A stretch of DNA of 64,000 nt, taken from IMG/VR virus record IMGVR_UViG_3300028048_000079, positions 60,869-124,868 of that record, one strand, 5' to 3'. Made by a program: the position numbers and the translations under genes. Under the pieces are notes generated by a model. It did not search any database and was not told where the DNA came from. It saw nothing but the letters and a program-made list of their open reading frames with translations. This document shows, piece after piece, positions 9,708 through 20,306 of this stretch; positions within the stretch are counted from its first letter, which is position 1; each line of letters begins with the position of its first letter. This DNA is from a virus. Lineage: Duplodnaviria; Caudoviricetes.

Positions 9708-10727
9708 TTATTTCCTAAATATAGGAACTACATTTTTACCACCATATGCCATATATTCTTTTTGCCTATCATTAAGGTAACATTGTACAACGCCTGCATA
9801 ACGATGCAAAATACCATTTATAATTTTATCACACCACCTATGTAACTTATTTCTGTATGCTTCTGCATCAAAACCGCTGGCATTCATCTTTGGAATTGAA
9901 TTTCCCTTATAGTTCTCCAAAGCCCACTTATTAACATTTTCTAATTCTTCAGCATCAGCATATTTTAAATCTTCCAAAAAATTGCCACGTCCGTCAGTTA
10001 CATTAATATAACACGCACATTCTTTTAGTTTTTCACGATAATTAGAATAGTCTGTGCCACAAGACTCAAGTTCTTGATATAACTGGGAAACAAATGCCTT
10101 TCTTTCACTGTTTATGCTCAAATAAAGCATATATACCAATGATTGTATTATATTGCTGAATTTATCACTTCCATAAACCAACACATCATTTACAGCATCA
10201 TTGTTAATTTCTTCCTTTTTATTATTAAAGATACCCGGACCACCGTTCATCAAACTATTCCAATCATCATAAAGATGTGTAACCTCATGAGAAACAGTCC
10301 CTAAAATAAACCCCGGATTTATCTCACCATTTTGGCTAACAGGTATGCTTAAATATAACTTGCAACCTAATAAATAATTCAACTCATCCAATTTCTCACC
10401 AGATTCACATGCTCCACTATACATATAAGAATCATGCATATTGCCACCATAGTGAAGACTGATATCAATACTGAGATGATTAAAATATAATCTGTTATCA
10501 ATGTATCTGTCAAACACTTGCTTACTTACATGGTTCTCAATCATGCCCTTTATTAAATCAATGCAAATATTTGATACCTTTAACTTAACGGCATCCAAAA
10601 ACCTTGGATAATGCATTTCCTCACACAGTATAATATCACTATACTGCTGCTCATTAACAATAACAGACTTTGGCTCACGATTAAGTCCAATTAATTCCTT
10701 TAATATCTTATCCTTTTTGTAAACCAT
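9708..10727 (-). CDS. Putative zincin-like metallopeptidase (HExxH), paralog of 5166-6149
   Basis: TVSHEVTHLYDDWN, SERKAF; shares HYPxFLD and FxAExYR motifs with 5166-6149. Confidence 0.6.
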   Translation of the reverse strand: MVYKKDKILKELIGLNREPKSVIVNEQQYSDIILCEEMHYPRFLDAVKLKVSNICIDLIKGMIENHVSKQVFDRYIDNRLYFNHLSIDISLHYGGNMHDSYMYSGACESGEKLDELNYLLGCKLYLSIPVSQNGEINPGFILGTVSHEVTHLYDDWNSLMNGGPGIFNNKKEEINNDAVNDVLVYGSDKFSNIIQSLVYMLYLSINSERKAFVSQLYQELESCGTDYSNYREKLKECACYINVTDGRGNFLEDLKYADAEELENVNKWALENYKGNSIPKMNASGFDAEAYRNKLHRWCDKIINGILHRYAGVVQCYLNDRQKEYMAYGGKNVVPIFRK

Positions 10728-11310
10728 TTACTTCATTCCTTTCCTTTAATTTCTTTTTATATTCAATATATTCTTCAGAAGAAACATCTGCATAACCAAC
10801 TATGCTTATAGTAGGAACATGCTCATGAGTATCACCCTCACCTAAACAATATACATGATAACTGTCATCAAAACTATCAACCTCAATTCCACGTACTTTA
10901 ACCTCTTCAATGCTTATTGGTGGCATACAAACAATACCTGTATATACATTGTTGTGCCCATCAATCCATTTAATAATGTCACCACGCTTGTAATCATATT
11001 TACTTGCTATATGACCCTTGTATTCTTTTGTAACCTCATGAACCATTACAACAGAACCATCAATGAGCTTGTATTGACGGGTACATTCCCAACCATCAAA
11101 CCCACCATCATTTACAGACAATGAATTGTCAATTACATACTCATCAGTAATAAACATCTTGTAAGAACTGTCAGCCTCACATAAATCTTTAATTACTGCT
11201 TCAGCCTTTTCATAGGTACTGTAATAACCTACAAAAGAATTGAAAAGCATTTCATCTTTGTCAATATCAGCATAGTCATATACTGACTTTAATTCAATTA
11301 TTGTATTCAT
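10708..11310 (-). CDS. Hypothetical protein
   Basis: 200-aa ORF translationally coupled to its neighbours. Confidence 0.75.
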   Translation of the reverse strand: MNTIIELKSVYDYADIDKDEMLFNSFVGYYSTYEKAEAVIKDLCEADSSYKMFITDEYVIDNSLSVNDGGFDGWECTRQYKLIDGSVVMVHEVTKEYKGHIASKYDYKRGDIIKWIDGHNNVYTGIVCMPPISIEEVKVRGIEVDSFDDSYHVYCLGEGDTHEHVPTISIVGYADVSSEEYIEYKKKLKERNEVNGLQKG

Positions 11311-11780
11311 ATTTTATCAATTTTTTTTATGGTTTCAACTTTTAACCTTACTGTCATTCTATGTCTATCACCTTTTCTATGTATAGTTTCCGTTTTTAAT
11401 GTTTTGTAATCTGTTTTAATAATATCTTTATCATAAAATAAATGTTCATCAATTACATAAGGAAAACAGATATTATAAACTTTTATATTAGGGGATATCA
11501 AACTTATATCTAAATCATCATTATCTTCCCACGTTATAAGAGCAAAATAATCCACCGAATTTGAGTCATAATTCTTATCTTTGAATTTATCCCCAATAAT
11601 AACATCTTCTTCAATTATCGTACATTTAACATCAACGACATCATCTGGCTTTGCACCATAATAATGAGCATGTCTTTTATCAATTTCAAATGCAGTAAAA
11701 AATACTTTATCTGATTTATTAGTTTCTAATACTGCCGTTGTTATAAAAGAAGTACCGACTTTATAATCTTCTATCTTCAT
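11307..11780 (-). CDS. Hypothetical protein
   Basis: 157-aa ORF overlapping the next start (ATGA). Confidence 0.75.
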   Translation of the reverse strand: MKIEDYKVGTSFITTAVLETNKSDKVFFTAFEIDKRHAHYYGAKPDDVVDVKCTIIEEDVIIGDKFKDKNYDSNSVDYFALITWEDNDDLDISLISPNIKVYNICFPYVIDEHLFYDKDIIKTDYKTLKTETIHRKGDRHRMTVRLKVETIKKIDKI

Positions 11781-11799
11781 TTTAAATATATACTAATTC

Positions 11800-12025
11800 T
11801 ATTTTGAAAATCAAAAAATTTTTCTGGAATTTTTTTTTGAAATAACCTTTAATAGAATAAACCCCACCCCCCCCCTTATTTTTTCCCGGATTTTTTTCAA
11901 AGATTTGCAGAGCAAACCGTGTGCCACCGTCAGCCGGAAACATAGGGGGTGGCGGAGACGTGGGATACGTAGGTAGGGGGTACATAGGGAGGGGGTGCAG
12001 CAGTCCTACCACATCCCCTCCGTGT
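11800..12025. other. Non-coding A/T-tract plus poly-C / G-run island (candidate terminus, packaging or G-quadruplex site)
   Basis: C4-A-C9 at 11862-11875; five runs of 3-5 G between 11945 and 11995; several T-tracts; abrupt GC spike. Confidence 0.4.
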
Positions 12026-12026
12026 A

Positions 12027-12042
12027 TGTTCCACGTGAAACC
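12027..12042. promoter_or_regulatory. parS: parS-like site
   Basis: TGTTCCACGTGAAACC versus the bacterial parS consensus TGTTNCACGTGAAACA (one terminal mismatch). Confidence 0.75.
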
Positions 12043-13146
12043 TTATGCAGCCATCAGCAGTTGGTAAGCATCCTCGACCTTCTTCTGTGCGCTACCGAAC
12101 ATCATAGCGTTGAACTTGTCTTCCTGAGATTTCCAATTCTTCTCATTCTGAAGGTAGGTAGTCACACCATTCAGCAGCCACACCTTTGTGCCACGATTGT
12201 ACTCCTGTCCTACTCCATTCTCGATGCTGTCCGTCAGGGCTGCCATAATGTTCTTTGTTCGTGTGCTGATTTCCTCAACGTGGTCAGCCTTGAAGTCAGC
12301 CTTCTTCCAAAGTTCAAAGGCGGGAGCAGTCAGACACAACTTGCCTACGAAGTCACGTGCATATTCAGCAGTGATGGTCTCCTCCTTGAGTCCAAGCATA
12401 CGCTCCATGAACTTGTCGCTAAATTTAACTGACTTGCTGAAAAGTTCAGCGGCAATTTTGCGGTTGCGCTCGATAGTCCAATCAAGACGCTCGTCGACCT
12501 TAGAAGTGTGCTTGAACACCACTTTGTTGGCGCAGCCCTTAATGGCCATGTTCAGTGTGTTCTGACAAATCACACGAATCGGTGTGAAGAAAGCCATGAC
12601 ACCGCCACTGCCATCATGTGAGTTAGTGAACACCACATAGTTCTTGATTGCGTCGTTAGGGTTAAGATACGAATCCTCACCAAGTGTAGCGGTGATGAAC
12701 ATACGTTCGCCATAGCCAAGTGCGCCATAGGATTCGATAACGGGTTCGCTACCACTTGCCTCCTTAATGAAGTCCATGAAGTCGAAAGCCTTGCTGTTCT
12801 GCACGATTCCGTAGCCCTTACCTACGATACCAAGTGTGTCGTTATTGTCAGTGCGCAGCGTAGCCTTATGGGTGTTAATGATGTCGGCCACTGACGGATT
12901 CCAATCGAAAGCCTCACCTTTGCGGATAGCCTCAACCATTTCAGAAGGTACACGCATCAGTGGCATTTCGCCCACCTCATAGTTAATGCGGTTTTCACTT
13001 GTTACGTCTGCCATAACGTCGTGGATGGTTGCACCCTTCTCGCAGATTGTACCGAACTGCTGCCATGCTACACGCTGTGCACCCGTCTCTGTGTTAGGGT
13101 TAACGTTCACGTTACTCTGTCCGTTGATATTCAAAACTTGTGTCAT
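12043..13146 (-). CDS. DUF932/DUF945 (TIGR03299-like) phage/plasmid protein
   Basis: LGIVGKGYGIVQN, NSHDGSG, TPIRVICQNTLN, KHT motifs; higher-GC codon usage; C-terminal MAA. Confidence 0.85.
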   Translation of the reverse strand: MTQVLNINGQSNVNVNPNTETGAQRVAWQQFGTICEKGATIHDVMADVTSENRINYEVGEMPLMRVPSEMVEAIRKGEAFDWNPSVADIINTHKATLRTDNNDTLGIVGKGYGIVQNSKAFDFMDFIKEASGSEPVIESYGALGYGERMFITATLGEDSYLNPNDAIKNYVVFTNSHDGSGGVMAFFTPIRVICQNTLNMAIKGCANKVVFKHTSKVDERLDWTIERNRKIAAELFSKSVKFSDKFMERMLGLKEETITAEYARDFVGKLCLTAPAFELWKKADFKADHVEEISTRTKNIMAALTDSIENGVGQEYNRGTKVWLLNGVTTYLQNEKNWKSQEDKFNAMMFGSAQKKVEDAYQLLMAA

Positions 13147-13330
13147 AATAAATAATGTTTTAAAGAGTTATTACTATTTGTTTTAATTTCACGATGCAAA
13201 GGTAATAAAAAAAATTGATATATGCAAGAAAAAATGAATTTATTTTTAGTCGTTTTAATTTATTTAACAATTGAACATTTTTTAACGAATTTTTAACAGT
13301 CAATTAACATAGAAATTCAAGATTATTTTG

Positions 13331-13400
13331 TACCTTTGCATTGTCATTCAGAAGATGGATGAAGGGTAAGGATGACACCTTAGAGTATAATCTCCGACAC
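13331..13400 (+). repeat. Promoter + conserved ~30-nt non-coding motif, copy 1
   Basis: TACCTTTG at 13331, then GGATGACACCTTAGAGTATAATCTCCGACAC at 13370-13400; no ORF follows. Confidence 0.8.
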
Positions 13401-13509
13401 ATTCATTGATAATATGTTAATTTATGTTTCAAAATGTAAGTAAAATAAAATCCGTCCTATCCTCTCGGACTGAACGGACTAACAACAATATAAGTCAAAA
13501 ACTAAAACT

Positions 13510-14040
13510 TCATGCTGCTTCTGCCTTTTTAATTCCTTGTTTGTACGGATAGCCACCCGTATAATCTATAACGGCTGTCATGACTTCTTTGTAATACTTC
13601 TCCATTTTGTTGGCAAGGTCTTTCATGTCCTTATAGCTCTGTTTGCGGAACTTCTTTCCGCCATTGTCGACCAATACATTCTGCATCGACTTCATGGCGA
13701 GATACTTGTACTTTGGTGTGGTCTTGTCATATGGTGAAAGCCATACAGAGCCACTACAGAACACAGATACCTTCTTGTTATATAAATCTATTTTAAAGTC
13801 AATGTATATTGAGTTTTCAGAAATGCCGTTGGGGTAGTCCTCCTTCTTCAGTGCATCCAATCTCACAAAGATAATATAGGGGCAGAAACCGCCCACTTTG
13901 CCCACAGAGACGTTTTCAGCAGTGCTGATGGGTATCAGATAGTCACGTAGCATTTCTCGTTGCTGTTGCCATTCTGTCACGTTCTTAGGGTCACGCATTG
14001 CGTTTTCCTTTGCCATGATGTTGTTAATATCGTATGCCAT
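13510..14040 (-). CDS. Hypothetical early protein (C-terminal AEAA)
   Basis: ATG at 14040 downstream of a minus-strand promoter near 14094-14101; terminator hairpin near 13450-13478. Confidence 0.75.
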   Translation of the reverse strand: MAYDINNIMAKENAMRDPKNVTEWQQQREMLRDYLIPISTAENVSVGKVGGFCPYIIFVRLDALKKEDYPNGISENSIYIDFKIDLYNKKVSVFCSGSVWLSPYDKTTPKYKYLAMKSMQNVLVDNGGKKFRKQSYKDMKDLANKMEKYYKEVMTAVIDYTGGYPYKQGIKKAEAA

Positions 14041-14271
14041 AATTTTAATTGAATTTAAATTGTTAATAACTGATGTTCTTTTTAATAACGCTGCAAAGGT
14101 ACAAAGAAATTCTGATATATGCAAATATTCTGTGCTAAAGAACGTTAAGCGGCCAATGTTTTTCCAGTTTCTTTACATTTCAGATTATCCATTACCTCTT
14201 TTGCGTGGTCATTCATTGACTTGTCACCGAAAGCAAATTTGGCTTTGCCATTTACAAAATATATCATACCT

Positions 14272-15062
14272 TTAAATCATTGTTATAAGTTCATTAATAA
14301 AATACCTCATATCGTCAGCATAATCTTTTAAATCGTCCCATGATGTTCTGTATACGTTAAAATCTTCAGGGAAAAACTCAGACATATGCTCATAAGTGGG
14401 TTTATCACCATAAATTCGTTGAATTAACTTTTCTTGAATGGTTGTCGGCTCTCCGTCTAAAATTAAATGATATCCTTTTGGTTCTGTGCCGTAAGCCTTG
14501 AAGAACTCTACAGCGTCATGGCTGTTTGATGGGTCATTAACCAACGCTTTCCATTCCTTTTTGAATTTTTTGGACTTTCCCCAATAATATTCTTTATTGT
14601 TACCTTCATTGAGATTTATTGCAATTATTTTCATGTTGTTTTATTTTTAGATGTTAATAATTTTTGTTTTTATCCGTAGATTTCCTCGCCAAAGACGATG
14701 GTTTGCAGTAGGCAGTCAGCATCTAACATATCGCCTTCTTCTGTCATAATGTTGGCATATTGTCTTGGATAGTGGAACATAAATTTCTTGAAACCCTTTT
14801 CGATATCCTTAATGGAAACCTTATATTCCTTTTCTTCTTCTCTGTCCTCAATCAGCAGATAGCCACCATTGATTAAGACATAAGCCCAAATGTCCTCTCT
14901 GCAATCATACATAGTTTTGGCTGTTTCGTACAATTCCTTATCGGTGTCTTGATGTGTGCCGAATGATGCCCAATAGTTGCCGTAACTTGCATCTGAAAGC
15001 CATGTTGAAAGCCAATCGTGGTTTGTAATAATTGCTTTAACTGAATTTATTTTCTTTGCCAT
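14272..15062 (-). CDS. Two hypothetical proteins (14272-14634, 14670-15062)
   Basis: Co-oriented ORFs with A-rich leaders behind a promoter near 15114. Confidence 0.7.
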
Positions 15063-15200
15063 AGTTGTATTGAATTAAATTATATCTCGGAATTATTCCT
15101 TGATTTCTGTGTGCAAAGTTAATCATAATTTTTGAGAAAAACGAAGGAAATACATTTTTTAACCAAAGATTAACATTTGTTTAGATTTATATAATGGGGT

Positions 15201-15262
15201 GTGTTGGAGACTATACTTTAGAGTTTCACCCCTACCTCTTTTATTTTTCTACTGCAAAGATA
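15201..15262 (-). repeat. Promoter + conserved ~30-nt motif, copy 2
   Basis: Minus strand TATCTTTG, then AGAGGTAGGGGTGAAACTCTAAAGTATAGTCTCCAACAC. Confidence 0.8.
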
Positions 15263-15366
15263 GTAAAAAAAGTTGAGATATGGAAATTATTTTTGTTAAT
15301 TGTTATTAACTGATTGTTAATAAAACAAAACAAGGGAAGAGTGGTTTACCCTTCCCTTTTGGCTGA

Positions 15367-15382
15367 TGTTTCACGTGGAACA
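15367..15382. promoter_or_regulatory. parS: parS site
   Basis: TGTTTCACGTGGAACA; the reverse complement TGTTCCACGTGAAACA fits the consensus fully. Confidence 0.85.
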
Positions 15383-15383
15383 T

Positions 15384-15926
15384 TTAGGCTGCATCTGCCA
15401 TCGGCTCGTCCTCCTTCTCCTTGACGGGAATATTAAGGTTCTTACAGAGGGCTTCATAGTTGCCACGTGCTCCACACTGCTTGCCCAATTTCTCGGACTT
15501 GTTGAGGTCGTTGATGAACGTCACGAAGTCGTTGGAAACTCTCTCGTAGTAACGCATCACTAAGCGGATGGTCACGTCTGACATCTTCTTTCCCTCAAGG
15601 CCGTTATACTTGTTGTACTCCATGCCCATCATGTGAACTTGCTCGACCTTGCAAGCCTTGAACTGCTTGTAGCCCTTCTCGAACTCCGACATCTTGAAAG
15701 CACCCTTAGAGACACCTACTTGAAGGATGAAATAGAATGGGATGGACTTGTGGCTATCTGCAAAGGCCACGATTTCCTCACAGATACGCTTGTGCAGCAG
15801 AGCCTTCTGTCGTTCGTCATAATGCTTTGTACCTTCCTTCTTGTACTGCGGAAGATTGTACTTTCCGTTAATCTTGTTAGCGGCTGTGTTGCGGATTGCG
15901 GTTTCAACTGAATTTTTCATAATCAA
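15384..15926 (-). CDS. Hypothetical early protein (C-terminal DAA)
   Basis: Higher-GC ORF with its own promoter near 15985; parS begins 1 bp after the stop. Confidence 0.8.
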   Translation of the reverse strand: MIMKNSVETAIRNTAANKINGKYNLPQYKKEGTKHYDERQKALLHKRICEEIVAFADSHKSIPFYFILQVGVSKGAFKMSEFEKGYKQFKACKVEQVHMMGMEYNKYNGLEGKKMSDVTIRLVMRYYERVSNDFVTFINDLNKSEKLGKQCGARGNYEALCKNLNIPVKEKEDEPMADAA

Positions 15927-16711
15927 ATCTCCTATTTTTAAATTGTTAAACTTAATGTGAATTACTTGTCTTATTTTGACACTGCAAAGGTAATAAAAAT
16001 ATTTGAGACTACCAAATTTTTAAATACTTTTTAACTGGAAATACCGTTATTTAACATTCGTTCACTAAAATCAATCGTTATACATCAAAACTTGTTCGAT
16101 TGCATCACATACATGGTCGTAGCCACTTCCGTACTGCTGACCTTCTTCATCAAGGACAACAAAACCTTCAGTCCAATCATGTTGGATTGTGTAACGTCCA
16201 ATTTTCAGATGATTTTTATTTATTGCTACCATACATTATTAATATTAAAGGGTTATTACTAATTGATTTTTGATAGCGCAAAGGTAATACTTTTTTCTGA
16301 AATATCCAAATATTAGATGAATTTTATTTGTTAAAGAACGTTAAAAATTAAGGGATATTAACAATTTTAATTGGCTTACATTGGAGATTATACTTTAGGA
16401 TTTTACTCCTACCTTTTAATTTTGATAGTGCAAAGTTAAGGAAAAAAACTGAATTATGCAACTTTTTTGTGCTAAATAATATTAAATGAATTGTTAAAAA
16501 TTGTTTTGTGGGAAAGCACTTCGGTCTCGCTTCTACGTTAGGCTCTGAACACTTGTACTTTGTGCCTTTTGGCTTAACTCCACTACCCTCCAAAGGTAAC
16601 TCCCACAAAACTAAAATAGTTCGCAACTTCTTTCGTCCATAGCGACATGGATTCTTTTCTTAGGCTCTGTTGCTTTTCCTAATAGGTGGGTAGCCACCCC
16701 ACCACGTATCT

Positions 16712-18094
16712 CTATGCAACCTCCTTGAGGCTGATGTATCTTTCACTCCATTTCCACTTTATTTGAAATGCTGCATCATGGCAATTTTCACGGTAGGCTT
16801 GAAGGTCTGCCTTTGCCTCCTCTTTCGTGGTGCAAAAACATTCCACGTCCCATCCTTCGCCATAGTTGGACATCACACATGGACAAAGCGTAAACTCTGT
16901 CAATTCACCATCCCAATCTTTTGTGAGACGTTTAGCTGTTTCTTCTGTAATGTCACGCAAACGGCAAGCCTTCTTGCAAGCCTTATAGGTTCTGCCAAAG
17001 TTTACTAAGCCGACATACAATCCGCTTTTTAACTTGATTTGATATTCTGTCCTATTTGCCATAACTTATTACTATTATAAATTGATTTTTAATTTGACAC
17101 TGCAAAGGTAATACTTTTTTCTGAAATATGCAAATTATTTTAGTTAAAAAGCGTTTCAGAATTGTTAAAAGATGTTAACCAACTCTCATTACATATACAC
17201 CTTCGTAGTCACCACCAAAATCGATATCAGCAACTTTTTCACCTATTTTGAGGTCTGTGAATGGTCTGCCATCGGTTGCAACTTCTAAACCTAACTTCAT
17301 AAAATCCTCTGCTGAACGTACAACATGAACTAACGGCTTGTCACCATCTACAGCCCATGATTCGCATTCTGATGTATTAATAACAAGGTATGCACCAAAA
17401 TTTTTGTTGTACTCTTTTATTTCTAAACGTTCCATATTAAAAAACTAATTTATATTATCTCGGAATTATTCCTTGATTTCTGTGTGCAAAGGTACAAAGA
17501 AATTTTGAGAAAAACGAAGGAATTACATTTTTTAACATGACTTTAACGTTTAATATAGGAAATGTTAAATCTTAGTTAAAAAAGTGTTAAAGTGCCGGAA
17601 ATATTTGGTAATTTAAAAAATTATTCGTACCTTTGTATCGTCAATGAAAGACAAGGGGCAAAGGTGAAACTTTGAAGTATAATCTCCGACATGGGTAATT
17701 ATTTTTTCTTAAAAAACGTTAAAAGCAACCCCACCTACTTTCACAAGCGGATGGGGTAAAACTGAAATGCCTAAAATTTCCAAAGGTGAGGAGGCTTTTA
17801 TGCAGCCTCCTTCTTCACATAGCTGGTAAGGTCGTAAGTACCACGCGGTATGTGTGTGTCCGCACCAACTTCTGTAAACTTTTTTCCACGTCTTTCAAGT
17901 TCCCTACGTGTATAGGCCTGCTGCTTGCTTGTGGTGCAAGAATACTTGCAGACGTTAAACAGAATGCCATCAGCCGTTTTTTGGGCGATGCAAGTCGCAT
18001 AAGAATACAACTTCGTGCCGTTAGTCCGCATTGAACCATTCTGCTTTTCCTGACCATTGATAAAAGCGTTAATCAAATCTACATTACTAATCAT
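16712..18094 (-). CDS. Three monocistronic hypothetical early genes (16712-17062, 17175-17435, 17798-18094)
   Basis: Each has its own TAnnTTTG promoter; 17798-18094 carries LYSYxTxIA...YSxTTSKQQ, a common phage motif. Confidence 0.7.
17604..17692 (+). repeat. Promoter + conserved ~30-nt motif, copy 3
   Basis: TTTG at 17604, TACCTTTG at 17628, GGTGAAACTTTGAAGTATAATCTCCGACAT at 17663-17692. Confidence 0.8.
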
Positions 18095-18349
18095 ATCTGT
18101 ATCTCCTATAAATTAAAGATGTTAAACTTGTGGGGTGTCATTCCCTTAACTTTTGACGATGCAAAGGTAATACATTTTTTTGAATTATGCAAATTTTTGG
18201 GTAATTATTTTCGTCCAATTTTGTTTAATTAACACTTAAGTGTATCATTTCTTAACAAATCATAAAAAAACGCTAAAAATTTGGTGGTTTCAAATATTAT
18301 ACTTACCTTTGCATTCGATTTCAAATAACAATTCAAAATAATAAGGTAT

Positions 18350-18523
18350 ATGAATAATAAATCAAAATTTCTCTTAGTCCTAATAACGCTAATTTATTGT
18401 GCCATATTGTATTATGGTGTATTCTGTTTATCCAATCCCTACAAAAGCAGTCTGTTGATTTCTGTAGGGTTTATTGCTGTTATTTTAGCCTATGGCTACG
18501 TATTTGAGAAGTATAACAAATAA
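18350..18523 (+). CDS. Small two-TM membrane protein (57 aa, not in the ORF track)
   Basis: MNNKSKFLLVLITLIYCAILYYGVF...AYGYVFEKYNK, after promoter at 18304. Confidence 0.65.
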   Translation: MNNKSKFLLVLITLIYCAILYYGVFCLSNPYKSSLLISVGFIAVILAYGYVFEKYNK

Positions 18524-18537
18524 AAAATTTTTACGTT

Positions 18538-20012
18538 ATGAGTTGTCCTAATTTCCACAAAATCAATGCACATAATTATTATGTCGTAGGCGATACAACA
18601 ACCGCCTATGATGATGAACTTGAGGAGGAGGTCGAGGTAACGAAGGATTCCTTTGACTACGATTGCGATATAGACTTTGCACAAGAAAGCGCAAAGGAAA
18701 AAGGTTTTGACCCCGTGGACTACAATGACCGAAATTCCTATCAGAATAGTATGTGTGCATCTTGTCTTTCATCTAAATCTAAATGGTATGCTTTCGGCAA
18801 AAAGGGTGCTAACATGGATTTCAACAACTTTGAATTCAGTCAAGAAATTTATGTTCATAGCGGCCATTATTCCGGAATGAACTACGATTGGGATATTTGT
18901 ATATCTGATAATTTCGGTAATCACTTCCGGATTTCTGAATACGATTCTATAGAGTCTCTTGTGGATGATATTGCCGACACATGGCAAGAAAATGCTACAG
19001 ATTCATGGTATGACACATGGAATGCCGGATTGGCTAAAATCCAAAGGAAAAACCTTGTGAAGTGGCTGAATGGTATGATAGAAAAACTATCTGATGAAGT
19101 CGACGATGTGTGCCGATATATCTGTGAGGAGGTTTACGTATGTGGCGGTATCTTCTCAAATGGTGAAGCTGTCTATTACAAAGAAGATAGTCTTAAAGGT
19201 AAGGTGAACAACGTGGAGGCTGCATAAGTCTCCACACCGCTACCCTATGTACTCGAATGGGTACAGGTTAACACAAATATCAATTAAAATAAAAAATTAT
19301 GTTACGTTATAGCGGAGAAAAATTTCAGATGGTTGATAGGAAAGGAATAGTCCATGAAGTCCTACAAGTAACCAAAGGTAAGGCTAAGAAAGCCTATGAG
19401 GAAGGCAAACATATATGGATTCACCCTTGTAATATGCGTGTATCAAATGTATGGCAGTCACCAATGCCTTTCAACAAGAAAGCGATTGAAGATAATGCCT
19501 TCCTAATGAATAGTACGTTTGATGATATTGTTAATGATTTCCGGTATTACAACTGCGACAATGAACGTGGAAAATATCCTATCTTCTTCGTGGCGGCAGC
19601 GTGAGCAGACCCCATGTACTCAAATGAGTAACAAATAACATCAATTAACAATTCATTAAGGTTCTTTAAGCAAAAAAGTTTGGTAGATTAAAAAATTATT
19701 CGTAACTTTGCAGTCGAAATTAAAACAATAAAGAATATGAGAGAAGACTATAAGTATGGCCAACGGTACGGCAGACGTTTTTTTGTTGGAATCGACATCG
19801 CTCTTGTGGCAATGGTAGTATATGCTTTCAATGCCGAGTGCTATTCATCTGAAGAAGTAAATACATTCAGTGAGGACACTTGTAAGTCTCTTGCAAAGCA
19901 CGATAGTAAAAACGTCCATATCTATGAGTATGAGACAAAAAATATCGACAACATTTGTAATGCCATTAACAGAGAAGGCAAAATCGTGTTTGTAAGAGCA
20001 TTTGAAAAGTAA
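18538..20012 (+). CDS. Three hypothetical early proteins (18538-19227, 19299-19604, 19737-20012)
   Basis: Full ORFs with typical leaders; the first two end in EAA and AAA. Confidence 0.75.
19249..19264. repeat. Dispersed palindrome GTACTC-RAAT-GAGTAC (also 19616, 20390, 28764, 49688, 61435)
   Basis: Six near-identical intergenic copies, all just after a stop codon or tRNA end. Confidence 0.85.
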
Positions 20013-20019
20013 GGCATAA

Positions 20020-20300
20020 AAGTCTTGATGGCGCAGTGCGCAATGCTTAATAAGACTTCGGTTGACCATCATCGTCTGTGAGACATACGTTCATCGTTTA
20101 TAGCAGACACTTTTAAAACTAAGGACAATAGGCTGAAGGAGTTTTACCGATAGTGGGTTTTCAAGTAGGCCACAAGCACCATAAGAAAGTGCAGACAACC
20201 GGAAACGGAATGTTAGATTAGTCCTGACCCAAACGGAATTGACCGGTAGGACATGGTGAGAGTTAAGTCCATGTGGCTTGGTGAGTGGAATAGGAACTCA
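20020..20300 (+). ncRNA. Candidate structured RNA upstream of tRNA-Arg
   Basis: ORF-free in sense, GC-elevated, with several candidate stems (see findings). Confidence 0.45.
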
Positions 20301-20306
20301 TAAATT

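Noticed and set aside
11782-12755. Pro/Gly-rich ORF 11782-12012 and ORFs overlapping DUF932
   Set aside because: By-products of G/C homopolymer runs and of higher-GC codon usage on the real gene.
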